A stretch of DNA of 42,102 bases from contig JAUCBJ010002994.1 in NCBI GenBank assembly GCA_032718475.1, forward strand, positions 1 through 42,102, written 5' to 3'. Both the position numbers and the translations under genes were made by a program. Shown here in pieces: positions 23,211 through 36,600 of this stretch. The notes under the pieces were generated by a model. That model saw nothing but the letters and a program-made list of their open reading frames with translations. It searched no databases and was not told the DNA's origin. The DNA comes from Nemertoderma westbladi (Eukaryota; Animalia; Xenacoelomorpha). Numbering within the stretch: the stretch's first letter is position 1; each line of letters begins with the position of its first letter.

Positions 23211-24016
23211 TGTGTCTATTTAACATTAAATAATAAAATTTACGGGAATAAATTTAAATTCATATATTTCAATGAATTTAATAAATTGTCGTTTGTACAA
23301 TTTATAACATTCCCAAAATTCCATTAATTAATAGATCATGGGAGCGGAGATTCACTCTATTAAATGTATTTGTGTGCGAGAATCTCCAATGCATAGTCAA
23401 TAGCCGATAAAATTCATAGAATCATGTATAAAGGGGATATTGACCATTAAAGAATTACTATTAAATAGCATCCCAGATCTGTATGCATGAGAATTACCCT
23501 AATTCTACCGCTAGCTTTCCATAATGTCACCATGGCAACAACCACGCTAGAATTAGAAGTGAGTTAAAAGAACAATAGAAAGCATGCGTATTGAATAGCA
23601 TACGGAATAAATAGCACACCGCTAGTATCCAAGAATACATAATAACAACGTGACATTCTGGAAGGCACTTGACTAACGGACAAATGACCCGAATGTGTGA
23701 TAGAATGTGTACCATTTGTGACTGTTACGTGGAATTTGTGCGTTTGTAGGTGAATGTTACTACTAAGGTGTGTTTACAGTAGCGAGTCGCAATTGTGAAA
23801 GTAACCCTAACTCTCCAGTAAGAACCTGAAGTATATCTAAGCCTTTGGGACGGACGGTGGAGTGGCTCGTGCTGGTTGTTGTAGTCGTTGTGCAGCTACG
23901 ACGTTGGCGATAGGCACATCGGCGAAGGTACACCAGCGCTGAGGATCTCGCACTGTCCGGGGGCAGAGAGGGGTAGGCAGCGACGCCCGCTCGCCTAAAT
24001 ATAAACTCATTATAAT

Positions 24017-25420
24017 ATGGATAAACTTATATAGCAGATAGGATTGAGTTGATAGAAGATGATCTTGGTATCAGGGAGCGATATACTCTACCTTTACAAG
24101 CGTTTGTTGATAGCTTGATACGCGGCGACGCTGGTCCAGCTGCTGCGGAGGACGGTGGTCGTTATATCAAACCGCCAATGTCCCAAGAAAAGCTCACGCG
24201 TGAGTTGGACTATAGAAAATTCACCGCTCGCTATACGCATCGTAGTGGTACGTATGTGGACTTCTTAACTACTGGTCATCCTATCGACCTACACGATACG
24301 AACGATATAGACACCAAAGGGAAATGGTTTATTTAAATATCATACCCAGCGGAAGTGGAACGACAAACTGAGACTCGAACACGAAAATTCTATTCGAAAC
24401 CGACTCGAAAGTGCAGATGTCGAGGAGCCGGATAGGCGCGGCGACTTCACCAAATACCTGGAATTCTTGAGAGAAACCTATCTCGATATTACCAGTCAAC
24501 AGAATCTAGAAACTCGATATCCTCAAGGTATACATCATGACCGCATGGTAGGACTCAAACTGCTCTATTCCACTATGATGTATCTTACCGCCGATCGGTC
24601 GCGGCCTGTTGTACCGGATGGCTTCGAGCGGATGGAGGAATATTGTAAGCTGGAGAAAGATCACTCGCATTTCCCCTACAAGACGTGCGTTTTTGGTATT
24701 ATTGCGATGAATGCCCAAGACCCAACCAACAAACGGAAAGATATAAACATCCGCGGAGACGTTGCTTTAAACACGGTTTTACTCGCTATACTTACGGGAG
24801 TTTCGAGCGAAACTTGTTCGATGTATCACCTACGCTCGTTCGACTCAGACGATCCTTAAATAAACCAATGATCAGAGTTTCGGAATACTCGATCAGAGCT
24901 CCTCATTCCCTAGTGAGACCTCAGACTCTTGATCCTATTAGTATGACGGATCCTCCCGAGCTGTACTCACTTCTCAAGGATCTAGTGTTACCTGAACAAT
25001 TAGTCGGTGGCACCCCAGTTGTGGGCTTCCTAGATATTAGCCCATTCTACCTAGCCGGATTGGGACGCAGACATTTAATATCGCCGTTTAACCCTTACCA
25101 TCGTCCCGGCTTAACACGATATAACCTGTCACCAAAGTGGCGGAGAACGTTGTACCAAACGAGTTAAACGCTATTCTACAAAGATCAGAAAGGAAACCTG
25201 CGTTTGTTCAGATAAACGTAAGTTGTAACAGCAAGTCCAAGCGATAAACGAATTGTCTTTATCTCAGTTCGATTGTGAAATCCAGAATCTCTAAGAAGAT
25301 ATCGAACTTAGACAACCCCATTCTCTGCGAGAGTTTTTGGATGAACGTATCCAGCTACGAGCGGAGGAAAATCAGCTCGAGGAGAAGCATATCGAAACGG
25401 CGGATACCCCGACCATAATC
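24017..25420 (+). pseudogene. Frameshifted additional ORF (ORF2) inside the LTR element, product unknown
   Basis: ATG at 24017 (MDKL). The protein-like pieces 24049-24336, about 24333-24859, about 24855-25167 and 25337 onward can be joined through small frameshifts. Base composition is coding-like, in contrast to the AT-rich flanks. Confidence 0.55.
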
Positions 25421-25630
25421 CTACACCTTCTGATGCAATCATATTGCACCCTTCACCCAGGATTTATAGCCCTCCTAGTAAAGTGGCTCGCCCCAAAGAG
25501 AAAAGGACTCTTGCTAGCCTCAAAAAACTGCGTAAACGCCGTCTGCGTAAGAAAGACTAACTGTTTAGAGTATCTTTATATTTTAGAAACTGTGATTTGT
25601 TATATTTTATAGACTTAAATCCCATTTTCT

Positions 25631-25638
25631 GGGAGCGG
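25631..25638 (+). promoter_or_regulatory. Probable polypurine tract (GGGAGCGG)
   Basis: Purine-rich run directly before the TG of the 3' LTR; short and imperfect. Confidence 0.5.
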
Positions 25639-26812
25639 TGTAAAAGCTTTTGCGTCATTAACCGGTTATTTTCCCTTAAAGTACTCTGTAGTTGGTTTGA
25701 CAGGCATAAAAAGGCCGTGTCCTTGCTGTACTGGTGTTTTAGAGGACATAAAAGTCATTTCTTCTGTATTTGTACTGTATTTGTACTTTAGAGGACATAA
25801 TCCGCAATCTCGTGACGCGATAAGCTGGATACTCTTGAAAACAGTGTCGCTACCATGACGACGGCTAACAGCTGATATTGCCACGTCGACGTTTCTTTGT
25901 TTCTTTGTTCTCTCGTTGTTCGGTTGACCAATCAGAGCGTTTTTTGTCTCTGTGTTGGAGGTGTGTACAGAACTCAGTAGTTCAGTGTTATTTTTGCTCA
26001 GAGCCTAAGAACATCGGCTTTTAGCACCTCCGTGTATCAGCGTTCTTTAGCTTTACATTAGTAGGCTTAATTATAGAACGTATATCTGTTATCAACCTAT
26101 TTACTCCATACAATCTAACCAAACTAATTCTATGCAATTCATATCTTACATTACTGCTTTTGCTGTTGGTTATTCGTTATATTTGTTGATGAATTATTAT
26201 ATCGGAATACTGATCAATAGTCAGACACCCCACCTTCTTGATATACTAAAGGTTAGAGAGACCGGTTACAGATAAACGATTGCGACCTATGTTGAGTGGT
26301 TTGAAGTGAATCTAATGCTATTTCATATGCCCAACATAAATTGTCTGTTGCTCTCTTTATACGTGACTAAATTTAGTGAAGGTCGGCAGATTAGTGTGCA
26401 GTATTGTGCAGCATTGTGTATGAGTGTAACTGATAACAAAGCATCTCCTAAAGAATGCGCCATATACGTTAATCTATAGCCTTTTCGTTGTGACTAGTTT
26501 AAGTCATAACTCTGTTTACATATTTAGAGCGCCACGTCCTAAAGGAACTGTTAATATTTCCCGAAAGTGAATAATATTTGTCAGAGATTATATATTACGA
26601 TCAGTCGAATAATACAGTAGGCTTACACCATCAATCATTAAGCTCCGAACTCAGTCTCCCGGGTATATCCAACGGGTGAATGATTGCGCATAGACTGGCT
26701 TCGGCTAATGTAGTGTGTCAAATACTCGTCATAAAGCTAAAGAATATATACCATCTAAAAGACATTCTAATTTTGGCAGGTTAAACTGTCAAAGGTCTTC
26801 AAAGCGCAAACA
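25639..26812 (+). repeat. 3' LTR (1174 bp)
   Basis: Direct repeat of 14575-15748, followed by the TSD GCAGG. Confidence 0.97.
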
Positions 26813-27212
26813 GCAGGGGTCTCAGGGGTGGCTGCGGCGCCCCTAGTTTAGGGACACCAGCTTAAAAGGGGCCCCAAATTTGATCATACCCAATCAGTGA
26901 ACAAGTTTTTAAAAATTTCCGCTCGCTTCGCTTAGTTTACATTGTAAAGCGAACTAGGAAGTCTAGATGAACCTTGGTATAGCGGTATAATTAGTGAACC
27001 GTCTGTCGTCTTCATTTAAAATGTTTGAATGTTTGAAGTCTGTAAAACATTGATGATATGCAATGTAACCAAACCTGGTACACACGTACATATTCTATCA
27101 AAGGTTTAAAATTCTACGGAAACATATTCTATATTTCCCCTGTCAGCCGCTAGGTGGAGTGACAACGTCCACTACTTGTACTGTTTCGCGAAGTCTCACC
27201 TAGATTTCGTAT

Positions 27213-28097
27213 CCCAGACTAGTGTTGAATATTTAATAGAAATTAAATTAGTCGAAGTGGTCAATAATATTGTATTTGTTTCTCACCAATCGAAATGCCA
27301 CGAACCCACTACCTCTGGAACCAGAATTATGAATTCAGGGCAGCTGATTAAAGATTAAATCACTGCGCCATGGTGGGGCCAAATACGATTATAATCTGGT
27401 TAAGAATAAGGAGCAATATTGACGTTATTCATGGCAGTAAAAATTCTGATTGCATTAAACTGGTATATAAAGTATTTCTAACAATAGTGGCTATATATAA
27501 CGTTTCTGTACAAATGTCGCAAACATAGGGTGTAGTGTAACGACATAACGATGCCACTGTAGTGTTGTAATAAGGGCGTTATATAAGTCAATTAGTAACA
27601 GTCAATTAGTTAGAGAATAGGACGATGTAGAATTATGTAAAATACCATTAATAAAATTTGAGAGGGGTGGCGGGTTTACTCTTGGGGCGTGCCTCGCAGT
27701 CAGGGCGAGAAATAGCGCACATATATAATTAGTAAATAGGGCAAATTTTCATGTACCCCAGACTTGTGTTGAAGATTTAATATAAATAAAATTAGTCGAA
27801 GTGGTCAATAATACTGTATTTGTTTATCACCAATAAAAATGGCACGAACCCACTACCTCCAACCTCTGGAACAAGAATTATGAATTCAGGGCAGCTGATT
27901 AAAGATTAAATCACTGCGCCATGGTGGGGCCAAATAAGATTATAATCTGGTTAAGAATAAGGAGCAATATTGACGTTATTCATGGCTGCAGCAAAAATTC
28001 TGATTGCATTAAACTGGTATATAAAGTACTGTATTTCTAACAATAGTGGCTATATATAACGTTTCTGTACAAATGTCGCAAACATAGGGTGTAGTGT
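27213..28097. repeat. Direct duplication of about 330 bp (27213-27538 and 27757-28097)
   Basis: CCCAGACT.GTGTTGAA...CATAGGGTGTAGTGT is present twice. The segment after copy 1 (ACGATGCCACTG.AGTG.TGTAA.AAGGGCGTTAT) reappears at about 28527, implying a later insertion in copy 2. Confidence 0.85.
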
Positions 28098-28596
28098 GGC
28101 GTTTTCGCATACCATATTCAATTAATACCTACAGTGATGTAGGACAAAGAAATGAGACTTTCGGTTTGCACATCCCGTAAGAGAGAGTGCAATAGAATAA
28201 GTTGATGTCTAACTTTGCGGATGTTTCCCGATCTGTACCGGTATGTTATAAATAGTTAGCAAGATATAAAATAGAATAGTGACCTAGTCTGGTAAGTTAT
28301 AAATAATAATATATAATATTGGCTCTGTTACAAACAAAATTACTTGCATTTATAGCAACACTATAGTAATAATCTTTGGAGTTTTCATTATTAAATTAAA
28401 TTGGAATTAATCGCATTACGTAGAATAAATTAAAACTTATAAGGAAGAACAAAGTCAAATTGTTACCAGTTGTTAACAGTTACCAGTTTAACCTGCAGTG
28501 TAAAGTGTAGCTCTACACTGGACACAACGATGCCACTGCAGTGCTGTAAGAAGGGCGTTATGTAAGAAAGGCACAGAGGTCACCCACCACTTTATC

Positions 28597-28819
28597 AGGT
28601 GTAAACGCTACGCCGACAACCGTCAGCCGACAACCACTGCCGACAACAGCAAATATGAAAATGTAACCTGAGTTCGTGACTCTCGTTTATTGTTTTGGTT
28701 AGAATAACCTTCCACTTAACTGTTCCTTTCCCTTAATTAATATATAACCTTAATTAGCTTTAAAAATAGTTGTCGGCGTTGGTTGTCGGTAGTCCATTGT
28801 CGGCGTAGCGTTTACACTC
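28597..28819. mobile_element. 223-bp Mutator-like MITE
   Basis: TIR GTGTAAACGCTACGCCGACAA at both ends with GCCGACAAC subterminal repeats. The 9-bp TSD is CACTTTATC (28588-28596, 28820-28828). Confidence 0.9.
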
Positions 28820-30485
28820 CACTTTATCTATGTATTACACTAGAGAGCCAGCAAGCTGGCTATCAGAAGAACGTCAGCCACTAAGGACATTTTGACAGAG
28901 TTATATAGCGGCACATAACTTGACCCCGCAACAAGTAAGCCCTAATGATCTTCTAATTAAATGTAGGATTTGATGATATCTTGAGAACCGATTCGCCTTT
29001 TTTTTAATGTGATTGTACAGTTTGGTGACCTGCATCCAACAATATCTCATACTGTAATCTATATTTCGGATGACAGGTACCGGTGAAATCAGACTTTACA
29101 AAAAAATTTTCATGCCAATTTCAATGTCAACAAACATACATACATACATACTAAACTAGACTGGACCAGCTCACTGCAGTAGGTACTGAAATAAAGATAC
29201 TGTACAAGTTCACTGACACTTCGAAATTCCAACTGAAACATTGGCCATTTCGAAAATAACACAATTTTATAAAACCATTGCCAAAAAACCTCAGTTTTTA
29301 AATTACAGGGTAAATTTACCACCTTTGGCTATTTGAAAATTTTGAGCTACTTGCACTTTTATTGCTGTTTTAGTGTCTATTAAAAAATAAAAGATTCAAT
29401 TTTGCTTCTAATCTCACTTTCGATTACTAATAATAAATTTAACAAACCAAAAAGGCATAGTATGGCTATACCAAAGTCTTTGAAGGGTGGTGTATTTTGA
29501 GTATTTTTTCAATTCCGAAAGGCGCTGTTATGGCATGGGTGCAGGAACTCCTCATACTGTATCTCGAAAACTACTGGAACTATTAAATTTTTATTTGTCT
29601 CACCTGAAAGAGGAAATAATTTTAGTTAGGGACCAGTACTTTCGACGAGCTAGACATGTTGTTTCAGGGATTCTATCCAAGATAAATAACTGGCCTACTA
29701 AATTTAGGGCCTTTGCAGCAGCTTAGCGGGTCGTATCTATAGCAGGTCATAGCCACGGATTCATTAACCAAACTAAAAAGTTTTGTCTTTGTTTTAAAAA
29801 GGGATTTCGGGGTCGCTGATCACGATGAAACTACAGTAGTTAAAAATATTTCTGGTAATGCAAAGATCATTTTAGGAGCCATCTGGTACCCCATAATTAA
29901 ACGTAATATCATATTTCCACTACCGGTACTTGTTATTTTCGTGCCCCAGGGGGCACATTCAAAATTACCAAAAATGTTCTCGAATGGATATTTGAGTTCT
30001 ATAATAGTGATCAGCATCCAAAACACCGCTACACAGTATATACCGCAAATATAGGTGTATTAACTTTAGTGAATGGTTGACACAGTGAACTATAAAATTT
30101 TATGACGAAAACACTGGGGACATGGTGCCAGAAAGGGACCACAGCACGAAAACTAACATAGCCAAATAAAGGAGGTTTGCTCTGTTGGATAATAACCCAT
30201 AAAATTTTGGAAAAGTCACTAAATCTCTGTTATGACAGTAAAGCTGACTCAAATATACAGATGATTTACTAAAAAATTCCCAAAATGATCCTGTCGTAAA
30301 CTCTACCACGGATAAAAGCCCACGATCATGATTACAAATAATTAAATCGTCATCTGGTCCCATGATAAAAAAAAACCTGACTATTTTTATTAAACTACAT
30401 AAACTTGGGGACAACGATTTAATATCCGCGAAATTAAGATCACTACAACTGTACAGTATATCAAAGTCTGTATGTTACAAAGATA

Positions 30486-30866
30486 CCGCTGTACCAGCAA
30501 TGCTTGAAATGACTCCCCAGTCATCTCAGCCTAGGCTGAGAACACTCCTCAGTCGTTTCAGCCTAGGCTGAGAACACTCCCATTAGGCTGAGATGACTCC
30601 CCTTAGGCTGAGATGACAGATGACTCCCATAATTGAATTATAATTCATAACCGTACCTGTGTTATTTTCGTATGTTGCAAAAATAAAACTGTAACCTATG
30701 TTATTTAGGTATCGTTTATTGTTTTGGTTAGAAAACTCCGCCACTGTAACCTGCTCCTTTCCGTTAATTAAGAAATCTAGGAGAAAACTGGGGAGTGTTC
30801 TCAGCCTAGGCTGAGAATACTGGGGAGTCATTTTTTGCGGGGAGTTATCTCAGCCTTTTACACCGG
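30486..30866. mobile_element. 381-bp MITE with CTCAGCCTAGGCTGAG palindromic subterminal repeats, TA-flanked
   Basis: Termini are CCGCTGTA... and ...TACACCGG, each flanked by TA. Inverted GACTCCCC/GGGGAGT and AGGCTGAGA repeats are present. Confidence 0.75.
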
Positions 30867-31429
30867 TAACACAACTAAGCTGTGTTTACCGGAACCAAAG
30901 GGTAGTTTAGATGAAGGACTCATTTAAACTGCTACCGCACCGGTGGTCCGGTATACAGCTGAGTATATGCACACTGTAGTTATTTATGTTAGCCTATAGT
31001 TATATAGTGTTTGCTAGACAGTGAGCGGTCATTACATTGTCAACACACCCCACACCCATAACCCGAACTCGTTAAACTACTGTAAACTACAGTAGGTCTA
31101 CGGCCAAACGGCACTTTATAATGTGTGCGGTGTGGTGTGCCGATGAACCGCTAGGCGTTGGAGTTGACAAATTTTGATTAGCATATTTCAACATACAAAT
31201 AACTATTATTAACTATACTACTTGTTAAACTTCCCTTAGCAGAGTAAACTGCTCTTTGGGGCCGTTTCCCAGGTTGCGGATCGGGATAACATTTCACACA
31301 TCGCACGACTAGTGATTGTGATTTGTCTGCTTATACGAATGTGTATTACATTAGACGGGATGCATTTTGTTTGGTTGATGCAAGTCATTATTGGTTTGCA
31401 TCTTCCAATCCCATCTGTTTCTTGAAGTC

Positions 31430-31716
31430 TGCGTGATGCATGCTCGTTACTGAGGTGGCGATAGAATCCATATACTGAGAGGTCAGCCTCGGGGCCGCTC
31501 AGTATACGTGCAGGTTGTGGGTGCCGGCGGTACGCGAGTACAAACCACCTTCATGCCATACCTGGCCCGGGTATGGTCATGACGGTCATGGGTCAGAGGA
31601 CCCGCATACGTTGACCACCACTATTTCACACACAGTACACAGATAACTATTGAGACACTCACACCGATTACACGAGGCATACAACCATGCAACCATACAA
31701 CCAGGCATACCAGGCA
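31430..31716 (+). mobile_element. Possible SINE/LINE 3' end or retroposed structured RNA with a CATAC/CAACC repeat tail
   Basis: GC-rich island with several hairpins, followed by the short tandem tail GGCATACAACCATGCAACCATACAACCAGGCATACCAGGC. No tRNA-like head was recognised. Confidence 0.4.
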
Positions 31717-33688
31717 GTCTAGTATATTATGATATAATTAGACATGTTTATGGTATCCTGTCAGATCAATCATAATCAAACCTGGTGAATTGTTTATCTT
31801 ATAGTGAACAACATATCCCATTAATTAACATAAACAGTATCTCCCAGAAGAGACCTTGAAACCATAAAATTAACCTTATTTTTTTTTTTTTAATTTTGAA
31901 AATTAACCTTATAGCAAATGGGTGTATTGTAGGTACAGTATATTACCCTTAACCTGACTTGAACACACTTAATAGAACGTACCTTATAAGAAGCCCGAGC
32001 TACAAACCCCATTGCCAAGTCACCCTGGAGGGAAAGCAAACCAGTAACCTTAAAAATTCAATATACAAGTAGTGGACAGAATCCCATTTAGTAAGCATAG
32101 GCCTACCCTATAAATCTCATATAGACCCTGTGATAAGATGTGAGATAACTTACTTAATGTTAATAAAACCTCATAACCAACACCTGTATTTCCATAAATA
32201 TATATTGTTACACGATATGGCACTACAAACATTTAGCCAGACCAACGTCCCAATAGACATCCTTTATAACTCTGAACTATACTGTAGTATTATTAAACAG
32301 TTATTCAGACATCCCCCACCCCCCCCCCCCCCCCCCCCCCCCACACCAAATTCCTTGCTCCCACAAATGCTATATAAATTTTTTTAACAAGAAACCAAGT
32401 AATGCAACAACTTATGAAAACATTGATGAAAACATATGATATGATTCCTTTTGCAGCCATTCTGACCAATCATATTATTATCCTTATAACTTTCACACAC
32501 ACAATGACAGGACTAAGTCAACTGTGTGCAACCTTGTCGGATTCTGGAATGACTTATCCTCCCAGATAAGATCATCTCTGGATCTCTAATTCCTACGAAT
32601 TAGGGAACCATTAATTATGAATGAATGATTGTTAAACTTAATGCTATAATGCCGTTATTACCATTCTGCTAATTTGCAATATTTAATCAGAAGTAAACCA
32701 CCTGCATAATAATATTAATTATTAGTTTCAGTTGATTTATCTCAATTTTTTGGAACTTGGAAAATGAATTGTATAATTCATTACAGACCCCAACCCCCCG
32801 GGCCAATAAATATGATTAAAGTTTCGTTTCCAGGATGTACCGATAGACTTGGATATGTGGTGTGTCTGATAGTCATGAATTCCACGAAAATGTCAACCAA
32901 GCAACAAAAATAAAGTAACTTTATCTAATTCAAATTTTTTCCCATGGGTCGAAACTGTAAACATTTAGTTTTTTAAAAATGGTTGTATCACAGAATCTTG
33001 TGATTTCTATGTTTTTTTTTTCAATTAAAAAAAAATAGAAACAACCTTGCGAAATTTGTAATTCCCATACGAAAATGTTGTATTTTTCTTGGTATTACAA
33101 GTTCTACTATACATACCGTCATCAGATATTTAATTTCAATAATCTACCACAGTTACCGTTTCGCCAACCAATGGAATATCTGCAACATCACAGAAGACTA
33201 CAAACTATCGCACAGTAATTCCGTGACGTTTAGTTTTCTAATTACCGTTACGATCAGAAAGAAACGTTTGAAACTCGCAATTGCGAAATTTATTAATTAT
33301 AATAGTTTAATAAAAGTGAGCAGCAAATATTAGGAACTACAAGTAAGTTTACAATTCCGATTAGCACCAATACTTGTTTACAAAACTCCCAGTTTTTATA
33401 TTCATTTTCCGCAGTAATTACCGTAACGATTTTTTAAACAATAAATACACAGTAATGAAATTAAATGTTAACAAATTTTTTGGATTTCCTAACTAAATAT
33501 ACATAGAATTGTATTTCCCCTCACACCAAACGCATTGTATATACTTTTGAGGAAGATACATTTCCATCGTTGTGATTCTGAAAATTGCGAAATGTAATTT
33601 CGTTATCGTGGAATAATTCATGTAGTGCCAGTAAGACTAACTACCACAACGAATTAGGTTTACTGAATTCGGACGCGCGGCAGTGTTA

Positions 33689-36600
33689 GGGTTACGCTAA
33701 CTTTGTTCTAATGAGAGTAGTTCAACTGGGAACTTTGTTCCAATGGTTGCGAACTTTGTTCCAAAGTTTTAAGCAAAATATAATAAAGTTTTGACAGTCA
33801 GGAAACATTGGTTACTTTTAGAAAGATAGGGAACACGTCTGTGCTCATTGGCCTGTTAAACGGACTGACGGAATCAACCTAGGGCAATATTACACTGCAG
33901 CTGTCTACCACTGTTCTTCTTCATTCTTAATTAGGCCTAATACATATGCCGCCAGGGTCTAGCAATTTACAAATAAGTACTTTGAGACTTAAGCCGTGTG
34001 TTAAATGCAAGCTTACATGATCAGGACGCAACTTGTCCATTCTCTATAAATAGCATCACACACTGTAGTCTCTAGACTATACGTCTTGCCTCACATTATA
34101 GGCTTAATCAGATAAGTTATGGTCTACAATACTGAAGGAAATACTGTAGTTGGTATATCTATTCGCAATCGTAATATCTTATTGTTATGTCGGTATTCTT
34201 ATGTTAATTATTAAAAACCTATAGGTTGGGGTTAATTGGAATAAAGTTCGCATCCTATTGGAACAAAGTTCGCAACTATTGGAACAAAGTTCGCAACTAT
34301 TGGAACAAAGTTCGCAACTATTGGAACAAAGTTCGCAACTATTGGAACAAAGTTCGTACCTATTGGAACAAAGTTCGCAACAATTGGAACAAAGTTCGCA
34401 ACTATTGGAACAAAGTTCACAACTATTGTAACAAAGTTCGCAACTATTAGAACAACGTTCGCAACTATTGGAACAATGTTTGCAACTATTGGAACAAAGT
34501 TCGCAACTATTGGAAGAAAGTTCGCAACTATTGGAACAAAGTTCGCAACTATTGCAACACAGTTCGTAACTATTGGAACAAAGTTCGTAACTATTGGAAC
34601 AAAGTTCACAACTATTGGAACAAAGTTCGTACCTATTGGAACAAAGTTCGCAACAATTGGAACAAAGTTTGCAACTATTGGAACAAAGCTCGCAACTATT
34701 GGAACAAAGTTCGTAACTATTGGAACAAAGTTCGCAACTATTGTAACAAAGTTAGCAACTATTTGAACAAAGTTCGCAACTATTGGAACAAAGTTCGTAA
34801 CTATTGGAACAAAGTTCGCAACTATGGGAACAAAGTTCGCAACTATTGGAACAAAGTTCGCAACTATTGGAACAAAGTTCGTAACTATTGGAACAAAGTT
34901 CGCAACTATTGGAACAAAGTTCGCGACTATTGGAACAAAGTTCGCAACTATTGGAACAAAGTTCGTAACTATTGGAACAAAGTTCGTAACTATTGGAACA
35001 AAGTTCGCAACTATTGTAACAAAGTTCGCAACTATTGTAACAAAGCTCGCAACTATTGGAACAAAGTTCGCAACTATTGTAACAAAGTTCGCAACTATTG
35101 TAACAAAGCTCGCAACTATTGGAACAAAGTTCGTAACTATTGGAACAAAGTTCGCAACTATTGTAACAAAGTTCGCAACTATTGGAAGAAAGTTCGCAAC
35201 TATTGTAACAAAGTTCGCAACTATTGTAACAAAGCTCGCAACTATTGGAACAAAGTTCGCAACTATTGTAACAAAGCTCGCAACTATTGGAACAAAGTTC
35301 GCAACTATTGGAACAAAGTTCGCAACTATTGTAACAAAGTTCGCAACTATTGGAAGAAAGTTCGCAACTATTGTAACAAAGTTCGCAACTATTGTAACAA
35401 AGCTCGCAACTATTGGAACAAAGTTCGCAACTATTGGAACAAAGTTCGCAACTATTGGAACAAAGTTCGCAACTATTGGAACAAAGCTCGCAACTATTGG
35501 AACAAAGTTCGTAACTATTGGAACAAAGTTCGCAACAATTGGAACAAAGTTCGCAACTATTGGAACAAAGTTCACAACTATTGTAACAAAGTTCGCAACT
35601 ATTAGAACAACGTTCGCAACTATTGGAACAATGTTTGCAACTATTGGAACAAAGTTCGCAACTATTGGAAGAAAGTTCGCAACTATTGGAACAAAGTTCG
35701 CAACTATTGCAACACAGTTCGTAACTATTGGAACAAAGTTCGTAACTATTGGAACAAAGTTCACAACTATTGGAACAAAGTTCGTACCTATTGGAACAAA
35801 GTTCGCAACAATTGGAACAAAGTTTGCAACTATTGGAACAAAGCTCGCAACTATTGGAACAAAGTTCGTAACTATTGGAACAAAGTTCGCAACTATTGTA
35901 ACAAAGTTAGCAACTATTTGAACAAAGTTCGCAACTATTGGAACAAAGTTCGTAACTATTGGAACAAAGTTCGCAACTATGGGAACAAAGTTCGCAACTA
36001 TTGGAACAAAGTTCGCAACTATTGGAACAAAGTTCGTAACTATTGGAACAAAGTTCGCAACTATTGGAACAAAGTTCGCGACTATTGGAACAAAGTTCGC
36101 AACTATTGGAACAAAGTTCGTAACTATTGGAACAAAGTTCGTAACTATTGGAACAAAGTTCGCAACTATTGTAACAAAGTTCGCAACTATTGTAACAAAG
36201 CTCGCAACTATTGGAACAAAGTTCGCAACTATTGTAACAAAGTTCGCAACTATTGTAACAAAGCTCGCAACTATTGGAACAAAGTTCGTAACTATTGGAA
36301 CAAAGTTCGCAACTATTGTAACAAAGTTCGCAACTATTGGAAGAAAGTTCGCAACTATTGTAACAAAGTTCGCAACTATTGTAACAAAGCTCGCAACTAT
36401 TGGAACAAAGTTCGCAACTATTGTAACAAAGCTCGCAACTATTGGAACAAAGTTCGCAACTATTGGAACAAAGTTCGCAACTATTGTAACAAAGTTCGCA
36501 ACTATTGGAAGAAAGTTCGCAACTATTGTAACAAAGTTCGCAACTATTGTAACAAAGCTCGCAACTATTGGAACAAAGTTCGCAACTATTGGAACAAAGT

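Larger units (their letters stand above)
14575..26812 (+). mobile_element. Bel/Pao LTR retrotransposon with intact ends, non-autonomous (no RT or integrase)
   Basis: Two TG...CA LTRs and a 5-bp TSD GCAGG (14570-14574, 26813-26817). It carries a Bel/Pao-type Gag-protease ORF and a short purine-rich tract before the 3' LTR. Confidence 0.95.

Noticed and set aside
29070-30460. Probable decayed DNA-transposon fragments (also about 26820-27130, 32800-33620 and 37960-38680)
   Set aside because: The sequence is repeat-like, but termini and TSDs could not be defined by eye.
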